A stretch of 63,193 bases of DNA, the filler included, from Reclinomonas americana ATCC 50394 (lineage: Eukaryota), in NCBI GenBank assembly GCA_048213135.1. It is 19 parts of 16 records of this genome, joined end to end, with 100 filler letters (N's around TTAATTAATTAA, not from the genome) between each part and the next. Parts side by side here need not be neighbours in the genome. Positions count along the whole stretch, not along the records: positions 19,428 to 25,977 come from PS016107.1; positions 26,078 to 27,647 come from AFZH01016743.1; positions 27,748 to 29,255 come from AFZH01016744.1; positions 29,356 to 31,412 come from AFZH01016745.1; positions 31,513 to 41,673 come from PS016108.1; 14 more parts are not named here. One strand, written 5' to 3'. This document shows, one piece after another, positions 25,967 to 39,300 of this stretch (position 1 is its first letter; each line of letters opens with the position of its first letter). The notes beneath the pieces are model-generated. The model saw only the letters and a program-made list of their open reading frames with translations. It had not been told where the DNA came from and made no database searches. The position numbers were made by a program, and so were the translations under genes.

Positions 25967-26887
25967 GACGACGACGANNNNNNNNNNNNNNNNNNNNNNN
26001 NNNNNNNNNNNNNNNNNNNNNTTAATTAATTAANNNNNNNNNNNNNNNNNNNNNNNNNNNNNNNNNNNNNNNNNNNNGAGAGAGAGAGAGAGAGAGAAAC
26101 AACGCACTTATTGAACTGCGCTGCCACTCCTGTGCCATTCGCAAAGCCGCATGTGGTACCAGCAAACGTTGTCACCGTGGCTGCGGGTGTGATGCGTCGA
26201 ATGCGACAGTTGCTGCAATCATCGAACGAGTGAATGAGTGTTGAGAGAGAGCGCGCTACAATCGACGAAGACAACAGAGTTGTCACACACCCGTATTCGC
26301 CCACATACAGATTGCCCGTGGCGTCAAAGGCCACTCCCTGTGGAGAGAGCACACACATACCTGTGTCAGCGAGAGGTGTGCGGAAAGGACATCATTGCAG
26401 CACACACCTGTGGCATATTCAACAGCGCACTCGCTCCCACGCCATCCGTCGTTCCCGAGGTGCCTGCCGTGCCCACAAACGTGGAGACTGTGGCGGACGA
26501 GACACCCAAGGCGGCAGCATAGGGTGACCACTCGAAGGAGTTGGTGGTGCCTCCAGCGACGCCGTTGGGATTGACCCAGGCATTGAGAGTGCCAGTCGAG
26601 CCAGTGATGTTGTTGGCGACGGCGGTGGTCACTGTCTGGGCGTCTGCACAAAGAGAGGAGGGTGTGAGTGTAAGTGCAAAAGAAAAAACCACAACAGGCG
26701 GCCATGAGCGCGCGCGCATTCGCACACACGCGCGCGCTGCGTACACTTGTACAGGTGTACGCAGCGCATAGGTCAAAGCGACATCGGCAGCGCAACTTGC
26801 AGCGGCAGTGAACGAGTGGATGAGAAAATGGAGGATGAGCGCCACGCTGACGAGCGTGTGCAACACAGCCACACGAGTGCGCGACAT
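19917..26887 (-). CDS. Secreted multidomain adhesin-like protein, copy B (tandem paralogue of 13148-19853)
   Basis: Same exon and domain order as copy A; signal peptide MSRTRVAVLHTLVSVALILHFLIHSFTAAASCA; identical terminal peptide ..CATSGDCTSGLKI*. Confidence 0.85.
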
Positions 26888-26919
26888 TAAAGAAAAAAAC
26901 GGTTGTCTTTAACTCTTTT

Positions 26920-26931
26920 TTTGGCGCGAAA
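26920..26931. promoter_or_regulatory. E2F-like element TTTGGCGCGAAA upstream of adhesin copy B, in the region shared divergently with the J-domain gene
   Basis: Matches TTTSSCGC on both strands, about 33 bp 5' of the ATG. Confidence 0.4.
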
Positions 26932-27426
26932 GAAAGGTTTTTTTGGACATGTCCTCTTACGTCGCGCGATGCAATTGCCGCTCTTCTGAGCGCACTGTTT
27001 CGTTGATTTCGAGCAGCAAGCTGTCAACTGAGTGGTTCGGGGCCTTGGTACAATTCACATGTTCGAAGTTCCGAGATCGAACGCACACATGCAAGGAACC
27101 TGCGCATGCTGCTGCCTTAATTTAAGATTCGTGTTTGTGTTCATGTTTTGGATATGGTTGGACTTGATCATCAGCTGTTGCTTGTGGAGTTTGTTGGTGA
27201 ATGAATTGTTGTTGTTGTTATTATACGTCGACGTCGACGTCGCGATCGTCTTCTCCAACGCGCTTTTGAGCGAGCATGTCTCTCCCTCTCGTACACACAC
27301 GCACAAGGACAGTGCACGCTGTGCGCGCAATTGCATCGCTTTCTTTGAGAAACTGGCAGAAGGGGGTTTGCCGTGATTTTGGCGGCAAGCAAATTTATCA
27401 AACTTGTGACACACAGAGAGCGAGAG

Positions 27427-27774
27427 ATGGCTTCCTCCTCGACTGCGCTTGTTCCTGTGCTGGATTCGCAGCGACGACAGCGACAGCGACGACGCCCTCA
27501 AAAAACGCGACGAGAAGTAGATGAAGATGATGATTATTATGAGAAGGAGGAAGAGGAGGATGATGCGGATGTGAGGCGACGGAAGCGGTCGGGAGAGGAG
27601 GCCGCAAAGACCGATGATGATGGATGTTGAGTGGAGAGTGAGAGAGANNNNNNNNNNNNNNNNNNNNNNNNNNNNNNNNNNNNNNNNNNNNTTAATTAAT
27701 TAANNNNNNNNNNNNNNNNNNNNNNNNNNNNNNNNNNNNNNNNNNNNCGTATGCTCTGATGCTTGTCGGAGTCA

Positions 27775-27817
<43 letters not shown>

Positions 27818-28841
27818 CACTCATTTGTCCCTGTTGTGCCATCTTCCTCTCCACCTGTCACACAGCAGGTCACAGCAGCAGGTATCTTTTACCTCTGTCA
27901 CCTCCTATCGTTCTCACGCTTCGTGCTGTTTCGTACTCTATTCTTCACCCTCGTACGTTCGCCTCTTCTGTCTGAGCGCGTCATTGCAGCTCATCCTCTA
28001 TCATCCTTCTCTCTCTCTCACTGCAGTGCCTCACCCCGACCGCCTGGAGGGCCTGGAAGACCACTTGGAGGTGCTCGGTGTCACCGATCAGTGCACCCTG
28101 GAGCAAGTGCGACAAGCGTACCGCCGGCAAGCCAAGGTTCTCCACCGCTCGCGGTGCCTGTCATTAATCATATTCCGCGCATGTCCTTATCGTCGGTTGC
28201 CTTCACCAGCGCGTGCACCCCGATCGCAACCAGAGTCCAGATGCGCCGGAAAAGTTCAAGCGCTTGTCTTTGGCCTACACGAGTTGCGGCACGTGTTTCA
28301 CTCTTCCGGCATCGTGCACCTTCGTCCCTCCTCTCTGTGCTTCTCTCTTTTGTCCCCTTTCTTTCTCTCTCTGTCTTTCTTCCTCTGTGCCATACCAAGA
28401 CTTTCTCGTCGCTCTCTCTCTCTCTCTTTATGTCTTCCTCTGTGTGTGTGTGTGTGCGTGTGTTGCGTGTGACATGCTGTTGTCCACGTTTCGATTCGGT
28501 TTCCTCGTTCTTTTCTGCTCGCTGTTGCCTTCCCTCACTCTCTCGTCAACTTCTAAGCATTGCAAATGTTCTCTCTTTCTCACTCTTTAAGGTTGGCGAA
28601 ACCATTTTCTTTCTGTTGTCTCTGCACCAGATCTTTCTCACCCTGATGTTTTCCGGTCCGCACAGTATCTCACCCTTGCTTCATTCTCCTGACTCTCTCC
28701 TTTCTTGCTCACGTCCTCTTTCCCCTCGCTCACGCTCTCTTCCGCAGCCGTGGAGCGCGCCCTGCGTGGCGAGGACTTTGTCGACATGTCTGGCAAGGGC
28801 TTCGAATTCTGGGACGACTTGTTCCGCTCCATGTTCCACAG
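27427..28841 (+). CDS. J-domain (DnaJ/Hsp40) protein, possibly DNAJC9-like, 3' end unresolved
   Basis: Exons DHLEVLGVTDQCTLEQVRQAYRRQAK / RVHPDRNQSPDAPEKFKRLSLAY contain the HPD motif. A later exon reads FWDDLFRSMF, and there is a charged N-terminal exon from ATG 27427. Confidence 0.85.
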
Positions 28842-29484
28842 GTACGTCGACTCGCACGTCTGCTTTGTTTCGTGAATCAATTGTGATCTCCAAGCCTCTC
28901 TTGTCATCTGCTCCATTTTTCATCCTGCCACATCCTCCTTTCGCGGTATTTCTCATTCTTACCACTCACCTCATTCTCCTCGTGCTCACCAAGTTGAAAA
29001 TCATGCTCCCCTCATGTACATCTCCTGTCTTATCCAATCCACAGTGTTTCTTCTTTCTCCCCATCTCGTGTACCCATATCCTTTCCCATTCCCCCTTTCT
29101 CTTCTTCCTCCCTCCCCCTTCTTTATTCCCTCCCCCTTCAATTCCCTTCTCCCCCATCCCTTGTACTCATCTCCCTCCCCCTCGTTTTCCCTCACCTCTC
29201 TGCTCGTATCACTCGCCCTATACTTCTCTCCTTACTGACTCTCTATCCCTCGTCCNNNNNNNNNNNNNNNNNNNNNNNNNNNNNNNNNNNNNNNNNNNNT
29301 TAATTAATTAANNNNNNNNNNNNNNNNNNNNNNNNNNNNNNNNNNNNNNNNNNNNCAATCCACAAAGTGAGAGAGATGTGAATTGAAAAAAAGGCACGGA
29401 GATGGGTGAAAGAGACAGAACAAGGAGAGAATGTGAAGGAAGTGAAGAAGAACGCTCTGCAATCACCCTTGGTCCCCTACTCAC

Positions 29485-32400
29485 CGCCGACTCCTCCGCA
29501 TAGTCCCCTTCGCCGGCGGTCAGTGACAATTTCACCGTCGGCAGTGGTGACGCCGCATCGCAACCCGCCGTCGCAGTCATTGCAGCAAGACCGCCAGCCA
29601 GAGGCGTCTTGGTGAGAATGGTCACTGCGGCTCCGTCGGCAGGTGCCGCCGGTGCCGCCACCATGCTCGTCAGCGCATGAGTGAATCGCGCGGCAATCGA
29701 CTGCGCGTGCCCGTCAATGACGGCTGCCTGCGGGAATTCAGACACGATGCGCAGCACGCCACTGGCGGTGCGCAAGTGCGGCAGGTCAAGAGTGATTGGG
29801 CGGTAGGTGCCCGGGCGCAGCACAATGGTCGTCGGCAGAACCGGCCAGGCCAAAACATCCTGCACACATTCTCTTCAGCGTCACAAGACTCTCTTCAAAA
29901 TTCTCACACGCGCGGTGGACCAACCCTCAACCGCAAGATCGGAGCCGAATCGTCGACCAGCACCGGATCGGTACCGTTCGGTACGTCGGGGAACACGTGG
30001 ATAATATCGTGTGGATCGACTGGTCGACCGACTGCGGCCTTGGCCGAGGGCACACGACGCGCCAGCATCTCCGTGGCCAGATCGTCCATCAGGTACACCG
30101 GCACCTCTTCGAGATTCATGTCGATCTCAACTCCGAGCTGCTTCAACGCCAGAATCATGGATCGGAAGCGCTCTAATACAGGCACAAGAGTGTCAGCAAC
30201 AGGGGAAGCACAAATGATGAGAGCCATGGCGACGCAACGAGGCTGGCTGGACATGCAACCACGCCACAAATCGGTAAAGTCGCGATGCGAGACGGTGGCA
30301 TGCGAGGCCAATGCCCATGAGCAAAACTCGTCCTTTAGCACACTGAGCCGCGGCATGACCTCGACCTTGGCCTGTGCCAAGAAGGTGAGCAACAAAGCGT
30401 TGTCACCCTTTCTCCCTTCCCTGCTGATCTCCGCACCTGATACTCGGTGGCATACAGCAGGAACGCACTGGTGATGTTCTGTCGCTCCAAATCGCGCAGC
30501 GCCTGTCGTAGCGAGTGCGTGCACTCGTCACGATCACCAACGGGGCTCACCGGGAGCACCGTGCTCGGCGACCGCGTCTTGAACATGGTGCGATCCTCCT
30601 CCGGAGCCACATCGCTGACGGCGCCAAAGCAGCGCTCCAGTGCCGCAGTGCTCTCCACGTCCATGATGGCATTGTGGGTCGGCGACGCCGAGCGAGCACT
30701 CAGGGGGCGCGCAAGCAGCGGCACACCGGAATCCTGTCGAGCGAGGAACATGCCAGGAACGCGTGGTCCACGAACTGTTGCAAGACAGGGTGAGTAATCC
30801 TACTGCAATGCCTGGATGTTTCTGCTGACTGCAAGTTGTCGTTGGATGCCTCAATCTCCTTGCTGTCTTTAACCTCGACTCCTCCTTCAAGACTGAGTCT
30901 TCCTTTCGCCCCTTGTCTATCGTTCTCACACTCCGTCATTGAGTCTGTCGTTCTCTCTCCTTCTCCTTCTCTGTCCACGCATTCGTGCACAGCTCGTTTC
31001 ATTCGTTTTTCTGTCTCTTCCCATGGCCACTCTTTCTCGCCGCTCTCATGCTATCTCTGTCTCTCACTCTCCTTCTCACTGTTGCCCTCCTTCTTGCTCG
31101 GTCTCTCGCTCTCATTCTTCTCTGTTTCCTAACGTATCATTCTCTTTGTTACCCATCCCATTCTCTCGATCTCCCGCACTCTCGTGCTTTCGCTTTCTGC
31201 ACAGCTTCATTTCATCGTTCTCTTCCCAGGTTTTCAGTCTCTCGCCCTCGCCCGCCCTCCTGCATTCGCTCTTCCCTTCTATCGTCGCCCTTCTCCCTCG
31301 CTCTTCTATTTTTCTTCCTCCCCTCTGCCCATGCTCTTGCCCCCTTCCCCCCTTACCCCCTTCCCCCCTTAACCCCTTTCCCCTTTCCCCCCCTTCCCCC
31401 CCTTACCCCCCTNNNNNNNNNNNNNNNNNNNNNNNNNNNNNNNNNNNNNNNNNNNNTTAATTAATTAANNNNNNNNNNNNNNNNNNNNNNNNNNNNNNNN
31501 NNNNNNNNNNNNTATTTTTCTTCCTCCCCTCTGCCCATGCTCTTGCCCCTTCCCCTTACCCTCCCCCTTAACCCCTTCCCTTCCCCCTCCCCCTTACCCC
31601 CTCCAACCCACCTGCTGCCACCACTGGCGACAACTCCGCATCACACGCGTCCACCATGTCGAACTCATCGTGCACCACCGTCCCGTCGTTGTTGTTGGCG
31701 TTTCCTGCCATGGGCGAGCGCACGGCATGCGGATCCAGACCGGCCGCAGCCGCCGGATCGTCCACCATGAGATTCGGGGCCACGGCAAAGAAGCGCCCAG
31801 GCATACCCACTGCTCCACCCGACGGCTTCATCGGCACGGGGTCCGAACCACCCAAATCAAATGCCGAGGTGGTCGGCTGTGGCATGTACGGTCCGCTGAC
31901 TTGCAGCGTGCGACCTCGACGCCGAGGCGTGAAAGAAAGACCTTCTTCAATCGGGCGTGCACCCGGGCGCAAGCCCTGATACCCGCCAGGTCCGAGCGAC
32001 CACACCTCGCCCTTGTGGATCTCCTCCGGCATGAGGCTCGGTCGACGCAGAACCTCCACTTGCATGTCGTCGCCCCATGGACGAACGGCCTATGCGGAAC
32101 GCAGACGCGAGTGAGTGATGACAGACCCGCTCACTCTTTCTCTCTCACTCTCACAACTCACCATGTCAAATCCACCCATCCCAGCCCCAGCCTCCGCCAC
32201 CACAACTGCCGTCGCATTCACACTCGCGACCGTCGGCAGCTGCTCCAGATTGACCATGACGCTGGCGCGGCGACCGACCATCGGCAGCGGCTAAAAGACA
32301 GTCAAGATAAGCACCAGTCTTTTTCTTTCTTTCGCCCTCCGACAAAACATCACGTACCGCGCCATCAGCAAATATCGAATCACGTCTCTTGTGTGCGGCG

Positions 32401-33281
32401 TTGACGTGAGACGGCCCGCGTCCTGTGAGGGCTGCCACACTGGCGCGGCGCAGCACCTCGGCGTGCACCGACTCGCGACGCAGCCGCATGGTTGTGTTCC
32501 CGTCGGCGTCCACCTCCTCCACATGCATGCGGCTCATGGTGCGGTGTAAGTCCATAATGGCCCGCGCTGTCTCTCGACCCTCCTTGTGACGTGCGGTGCG
32601 CTCAAACTTGCTGCCGGCACCCTCCGCATACAACTCTACAATCAGGTGCTCCAGCTTTGTGTGGTCGCCCTTTTCGAACACTGTGTCTTCCAGTGGCGAG
32701 CGTGGCGTGCGAGAGAACGGTTGGCTGGCCAACAACACAATTGGTGCCATCATCATGCCTGCGTGTAAGGGAGTGAGCGGATGAAAACACAGGGGAGTGC
32801 GTTTGCTGAACGTCACTGACCCGACAACCACCCAATCCACATGTCTTGCAGTGCGGCGGTCAGTACAGATGCATCAGCTTGCTGCGCGAACACGCAGTTG
32901 AGGTAGATGGCACACATGGTGGCCAGCCAGAGAACCTGCGGGAGATAAAATAGTCAACAAGAAGCACTTTCCATTCTCTTCTGAAGGTGACAAATTGTCA
33001 TCTAATGCTCGTTTGCTTTTCGTTTCTTCCCATCACCTCTGCACCTCTGTTGTCATTCTTTCCTCATCTCATTTCCACACTTTGCGTTATCTCTGCGCCA
33101 CTTTCTTGTTGTTTTATCTACACTGTGCTTCATGCGTCATCTCGCTTTCTCTTTATTTACTGTGTGTGTCGCCGCTCCATCCTCTGTTCTCATATTCTCT
33201 GCATCTCGCTTCTTGTCCCACCTCCATCGCTCTGCACCTCAACCCCAGGTTCTTCTTTGCCGTCATCACCTCCTTTCTCTA

Positions 33282-33314
<33 letters not shown>

Positions 33315-36300
33315 GTCTCCTTTTCTTCTCCTTGAAACCTTTCCCCCTTTCCCCTTTCTCTCTTCTTTTCTCTTTCTCTCTCTTCTCCCTTCCCCCTTCC
33401 CCCTTTTCCCCCTTCGCCCTCACCCTCTCTCCCCTTTCCTCCCTTCCCCCTTCGCCCTTCCCCCTTCCCGCCCTTACCGTCAGCTTCTGGGTGCGCCTGA
33501 AATTGCTGGTGGGCATGCCGGTGACGGTGGAGAGCCACGAGTGCTCGTGACGCAAGCGCTCCGAGGCCTTGGAGGCCAGTTTCACGGCTGCATTACGCGC
33601 TCGCAACATCACAATCACTTTCTTGACACACTCTGCGCAAAAATAATGTCGTGAGCTGGAAACGAACGCATCTCCTTCCCTTCTACCCAACGCACCTCGA
33701 AGACGGGCCATGGCTCGCAAGTGTCGCCGCAGAGCCTCACGATCGTCAATCTCTTCCTCGTCCTCGTCTTCCGCATCGACCTCCTGCTCAGCATCGTCCG
33801 CACCATCGGCATCATCCACATCCGACACGCCCGCTGCGCGAAGCTTCGTCGCCACTGCTCGCCGCTCGACGTCGTCCGACGGCAGCGGAAGGCGAGGAAC
33901 GCGTTGTACAACACCTGCGAGCAGGGGAAAAGTGATGAATAAGGGACAGCAAAGCAGAGATGGAGACAGCATCTTGAACCACGCGCGCAACTTGGTCGCA
34001 CGCCACTGCCTGCACCCTCTCGATCGAGGTCTGCAAATGCCGCAAGTTAAGTGAACAGAATATCCTTGACCATCTCATCATGCAATGCGCACCATTCTCC
34101 ACGTCGTCATCATCATAGTTGCGCGAGCACAACTCCAACACATCGGCCGCGCGATCGTCCGTGTCACCCACCGACGACTCCGACGACGAAGCCGATGAGG
34201 AAGAATGCGCGTCACCATCGCCGGCCGCCGCCGACTTGCCAGCAGGAACCAAACTTGTCCGCGAACCCGACAGAGCAATCGACGAGTTTTCATCGCACGA
34301 GTTGATCGAGGAGTGTGCCGATCGAGTGGCCTTGGTGCGACGAGCGTTCACGAGGCGAGCTGAAGAACTCGACGGTCTTGGCTTGCCATCCTTGCCGCTG
34401 GCGTCAGCTGCGGCCGTCACATCGGTCGGCAGAGGTGCCGAGTCCGTCGGGGCCAGCATGTTCGACAGGCGCGTCACCATCGGCTCCGCTTCGGCGCCCA
34501 GGGTGCGACGACGGAAGGCAACTGCCGCCACCATGCGACGAGGTGCATCAGTAGGCGGAGTCGGCACCGATGCTCCACTGTCGGTCCTCTGCGTCGTGGC
34601 CGACGGCTGCTTGTCTGCGGGAGCCGTCGATGCAGCACTCATCCGCTTATCCATTCTGTGACACGAAGTTAAAAAAAAGTGTGAGCTACAAGGGGAAAGC
34701 TACGCCGCACTAAATGCAGTGCTGCTACTGTTGCCTGCCTCACTAAATGACGATTCTATATTGCCTCCCTCGTTGTCTGCAACACTGTTTCTCACTTCTT
34801 GTTCCAACTCTCGTGGTTCTACAATTACTTCGCGTCGATGTCTCGTCATTCTGTTCTTCGTCACTCACCTCATTCACCTCGTGGTCACAATCTCGCTATC
34901 TCGCTGCTTCAAGTCATTTCTCTGTAATCTGCCTCCTTTGCCGTGGTTCCCTCTTCCTCCTCCTATCCTAACTTTTTTCCTTCTGTTCTCTCTTTCACCT
35001 TGTGCTCTGTCTTACTCTTCCTGTTCTCTCCTTCTTTCCTTTCCTCTGGCCTTCCCCTTTCTCCCTTTCCCTCCATCCTTTTCCTTCTCCCTCTTCTTCC
35101 TCTTCTCCCCTTCCCCTTCCCCTCCCACTTCTCCTTCCCCCTTCTCCCCTTCCCCCCATCTCCTCCCCCTTCCCCTCCTCCACCCTCACCTCAGGAAGTT
35201 CCCGGGCATTCCCCTCCCCTTGGCCGATCGCGCCCTCGGTCCGGCACCCGTACCATCCTCAGCCACACCTTGTTCCTGCTGACTCGCTTTGAAGGCCGCC
35301 AGCGCCTCACGGATGCTAAACATGCCGCGGAATTTCGGTAGCCGACGCAAGTGGCCAGTCTTGGGCGCAAAGAACGCCAGCGGCTTCTTCTCGGACTCAG
35401 ACGCCGTGGCAGAGCTCGAGGATGACAGCTCATCGGGATGCTCGCCAACCTCCGGTTCATCCTTGAGTTGTTTTTGTTGCTGCTGCTGCTGCTGATGCAT
35501 GAGCTCGGATGCCTTGAGCATGCGCTCGGCCAGCAGTTTCATCGCCTGCCGACGAAGCAGTCGTTTGTCGCGCACTCCATCATGCCAGTAGAGAATCGCC
35601 CAGCACAAAATGTACACCACATGAACGGCTGAAAAAGTGCACGCACAATATAAAGTCAGACACACGCAGCTAGTGATGAAATCGTGGCAGAACGCTCACC
35701 CATGGTGTAGAAGAATGTGCGCGTGCCAATCACTTCAGCGAGCAGGCCAATGTTTGCGGGACTGTGAATCGATAAAAGAGCGTCAGTAAAGTAGATGTGT
35801 GCACAGAGACGACTTGAGCGACGCAAGTCACGCACTTGACAAAGAGGAACTGGACGGTGAAAATGGCTTCCACGTCGATACTGAAATCGGTGAGATGGTT
35901 GCAGCGACACAGCGCTGAAATGACTTGACGTGGCGGAGCGATCTATCGGCGGTTTTTGAGTGCGATTAAAGGAAAAACATTGAGAACATAGATTGAGATT
36001 GCTCACGAAACCTTCAGAATGGTCTGACAACCGGTGGAGTTCCACGCATTGTTTGTCGTGTCCCAGTACTTGCACAGGGAGATGGTCGAAGGGTTGACCA
36101 CTGTATGGAATTGACTAATGAGAACTACGAGTGAACTGAGTGCTCAACACTCGCACACAACGAGTACCCGGCCGCGTGGCGTTGGAGGGGAAGCTTGAGT
36201 TCATCATCGCCATCGACCCCGTGTCGGCACGCGAGCTAAACATCGAAGCAAATGGTGGCGCGTGGTGTCGCTCCACAGCCGCACCAATGGCCATCGACTC

Positions 36301-39300
36301 GACCGTGTAAAACACAGACTTGTCGCCGTCATTGTCCACAAGAGAGTGTGTGAAATACGCCTCGCTGTCAAACGACCGCGTGCTGTTGGCAGTGATATTG
36401 GGCTTCTGGCACATGTCATCCATGACGACAAACATGGTCTCCGTGAACACTGGCGGGCCACGCGGACCCTTCACGCGATCGCCACAGTTGTGCGAGTACT
36501 CCAGCAGAAGGTCCTGCGCAGCGGAAGGTGGGGGGGGGGGGGGGGGGGGAGGAGAGAGAGAGACGACACGACGACGAAGGAAGGAAGGTAGTAGTGTAGA
36601 GAGGAGGAGGAGGAGGAGGAGGAGGAGGAGGAGGTAGGTNNNNNNNNNNNNNNNNNNNNNNNNNNNNNNNNNNNNNNNNNNNNNNNNNNNNNNNNNNNNN
36701 NNNNNNNNNNNNNNNNNNNNNNNNNNNNNNNNNNNNNNNNNNNNNNNNNNNNNNNNNNNNNNNNNNNNNNNNNNNNNNNNNNNNNNNNNNNNNNNNNNNN
36801 NNNNNNNNNNNNNNNNNNNNNNNNNNNNNNNNNNNNNNNNNNNNNNNNNNNNNNNNNNNNNNNNNNNNNNNNNNNNNNNNNNNNNNNNNNNNNNNNNNNN
36901 NNNNNNNNNNNNNNNNNNNNNNNNNNNNNNNNNNNNNNNNNNNNNNNNNNNNNNNNNNNNNNNNNNNNNNNNNNNNNNNNNNNNNNNNNNNNNNNNNNNN
37001 NNNNNNNNNNNNNNNNNNNNNNNNNNNNNNNNNNNNNNNNNNNNNNNNNNNNNNNNNNNNNNNNNNNNNNNNNNNNNNNNNNNNNNNNNNNNNNNNNNNN
37101 NNNNNNNNNNNNNNNNNNNNNNNNNNNNNNNNNNNNNNNNNNNNNNNNNNNNNNNNNNNNNNNNNNNNNNNNNNNNNNNNNNNNNNNNNNNNNNNNGGGG
37201 GGAGGTGAGAAACTGAAGCACAAGCACCAGTAAAGGAGGGGAATAGTGTGATCAAGGAGAGGAGGTGGAGAAGGCGGAGGCGGTAGAGAGGGTTATAGCA
37301 AGCACACAAAGTGGTGACTGAGGACTTAAAATCAAAGAGTGCGCTCTGTCTCTCTTTCTCTCCCTCTTGGGAAACAAGACTCAAGACATCTTAAAACAGT
37401 TCTTGGCCAAATATCCTTCCCCCAACGCACCCAGTTCACGCCAGTGAAATTCGCCAACGTCTGCTGAGCAATCTCAAACAAGATTGGATCCGGCTGTCGC
37501 GACACCGGCAGCTCGACTCCGCCACTGAAGAGGGTGAGCGACTGCACGGGCGACGCGAGGTTGGTGGTGGCCGACTGACTCCTGATGGCCGGATTGATGC
37601 CCTGCTTGTAGCGCATGCTGGTGTACGAAATGGCCTGGTCGCCTGTGCTGGTGGCCCACGACGCAGGCACAACAAACTTGGTATCTGCCGACGAGTCCGT
37701 CGCATTGAATGCAGTAATGTTGGCTGACCCGGCAGCAAACTGTCGAGGTTTTCGGTCAGAGCCATTGCAGCGACGAGCACACGCGCGAGAAAGCAACGCA
37801 CCGACAAGGTCGGCGTCTGTGCCGTCGGCGAAAAGTACGAGGCGTACGCCTGCAGACTGTCTCCATCATACTGGAACGCATGCTCTTGCGGTGCCTGCGC
37901 AGCATCACATGTGAGCAAACCGAGAAATGAAAAAGGAGAGACAGCGCTTCACGAGGAACATGTTTGCTTCCGCTTCTCCTTCCCTCTCCATTCCCCTTCC
38001 CCCTATCCCCTTTCCTCCCTTCCCCTTCTCCCTCCCTTCCCCCTTTTCCTTCCCTTTGCCCCCTTCTTCCCCTTCTCCCTTCTTCCCCGCACACACCTTG
38101 CCCGCCACGCTCAGCTGCGACGTGACATGCACAATATCGGTACCCGTCTTGGCCACGGCATCAAACGTCGACAGGTCGCTCTTGTCGCGGAAGGTCTCGA
38201 CTTGCAATCGGTCGACAATCTTGAGCAGTGCCAGCACGTCAGCATCCGACAGCGAGGTCGCCGACGAAGCAACGGCAGAGCCGGCTGCAATCACATTCTT
38301 GCTAATGTCCTTGGTTTCTTGCGACTCCGGCGGCATGAGTGACGTGGAACTGCGAGAGCACGCGCGATGAGTACTTGCTTGTTGCGACAGAGGAACCCAC
38401 TTTCAACGCAACTCGGCCGCAATGCTCATGGTGGTGAGGAGACTCTTGGCCACGTCGGGACGCCGAGACAGGTCAATCTGCGATGTCGCCGACACCATCG
38501 CGTCGGTGAGTTGTCGAATGCCCTGACGCACGTTGGTGGCTGCAAACACAGGAGCGATGGTTGTCAGATCCATGCTTTTGCAAACAGCGGTGCGTGAGTG
38601 TGTGTGTACGTGCCACGCCTCACCATCGCTTCCCGTGAGTAAATCCTGTCGAGTCGACGTATCCTCGATAAGAGACATGGTAAAGTGCACTTGACCGATT
38701 TGCGAACTGGCAATGTCCTCACTACTCGTTGCCGACGCCTTGTCGACACGCGCAGCTTCCACTGTGAAGAAGGTCTTGGCGGCCACCGTGGCACTCTCGG
38801 AGGACGGTCGCACCGCGACCTCTTGCGTGAGATGCACGCTGCGCGCAAGTGTTGTTGATTGGTACCAATGTGCAACAGGTGCATCACAACAGCAAGAATA
38901 CGCACCTGGAGAGAAGCGAGTCGCGCACAACGACACCCACAGTGATGTTGTAGCCACGATTGGGGTCTCCCGCCTCCAGCACAAAGCCGTCCAGCCTCCA
39001 CGATTGCTTGCTTGAGAGAAGCACTTGCGTGCCGAACGGCGGCGGCCGAATGTAGTAGAAGGAGTAAGTCAGCGGCTGGTCCTCGTCAATGAAACCGGCA
39101 GCGGTGACATTGAAGCTGGTGGATCGTTCAAGGCCAGACGAGGGCGTGATCACCAATTGGCCGAGCGACGGCGGTCCGTTCATCGTAAACGTCACACTTG
39201 CCGAGGCTGAGAGAGGAATGAAAATAAGCATCAACTATCATTCAGTTCAGCAGAGGTGTGAACCCACTCACCGGGATCCGACAGCGGCGCCGTCACCGTG

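Noticed and set aside
27836..29311. 491-aa plus-strand ORF
   Set aside because: It runs out of frame over the DnaJ exons and through pyrimidine-rich introns; a compositional artefact.
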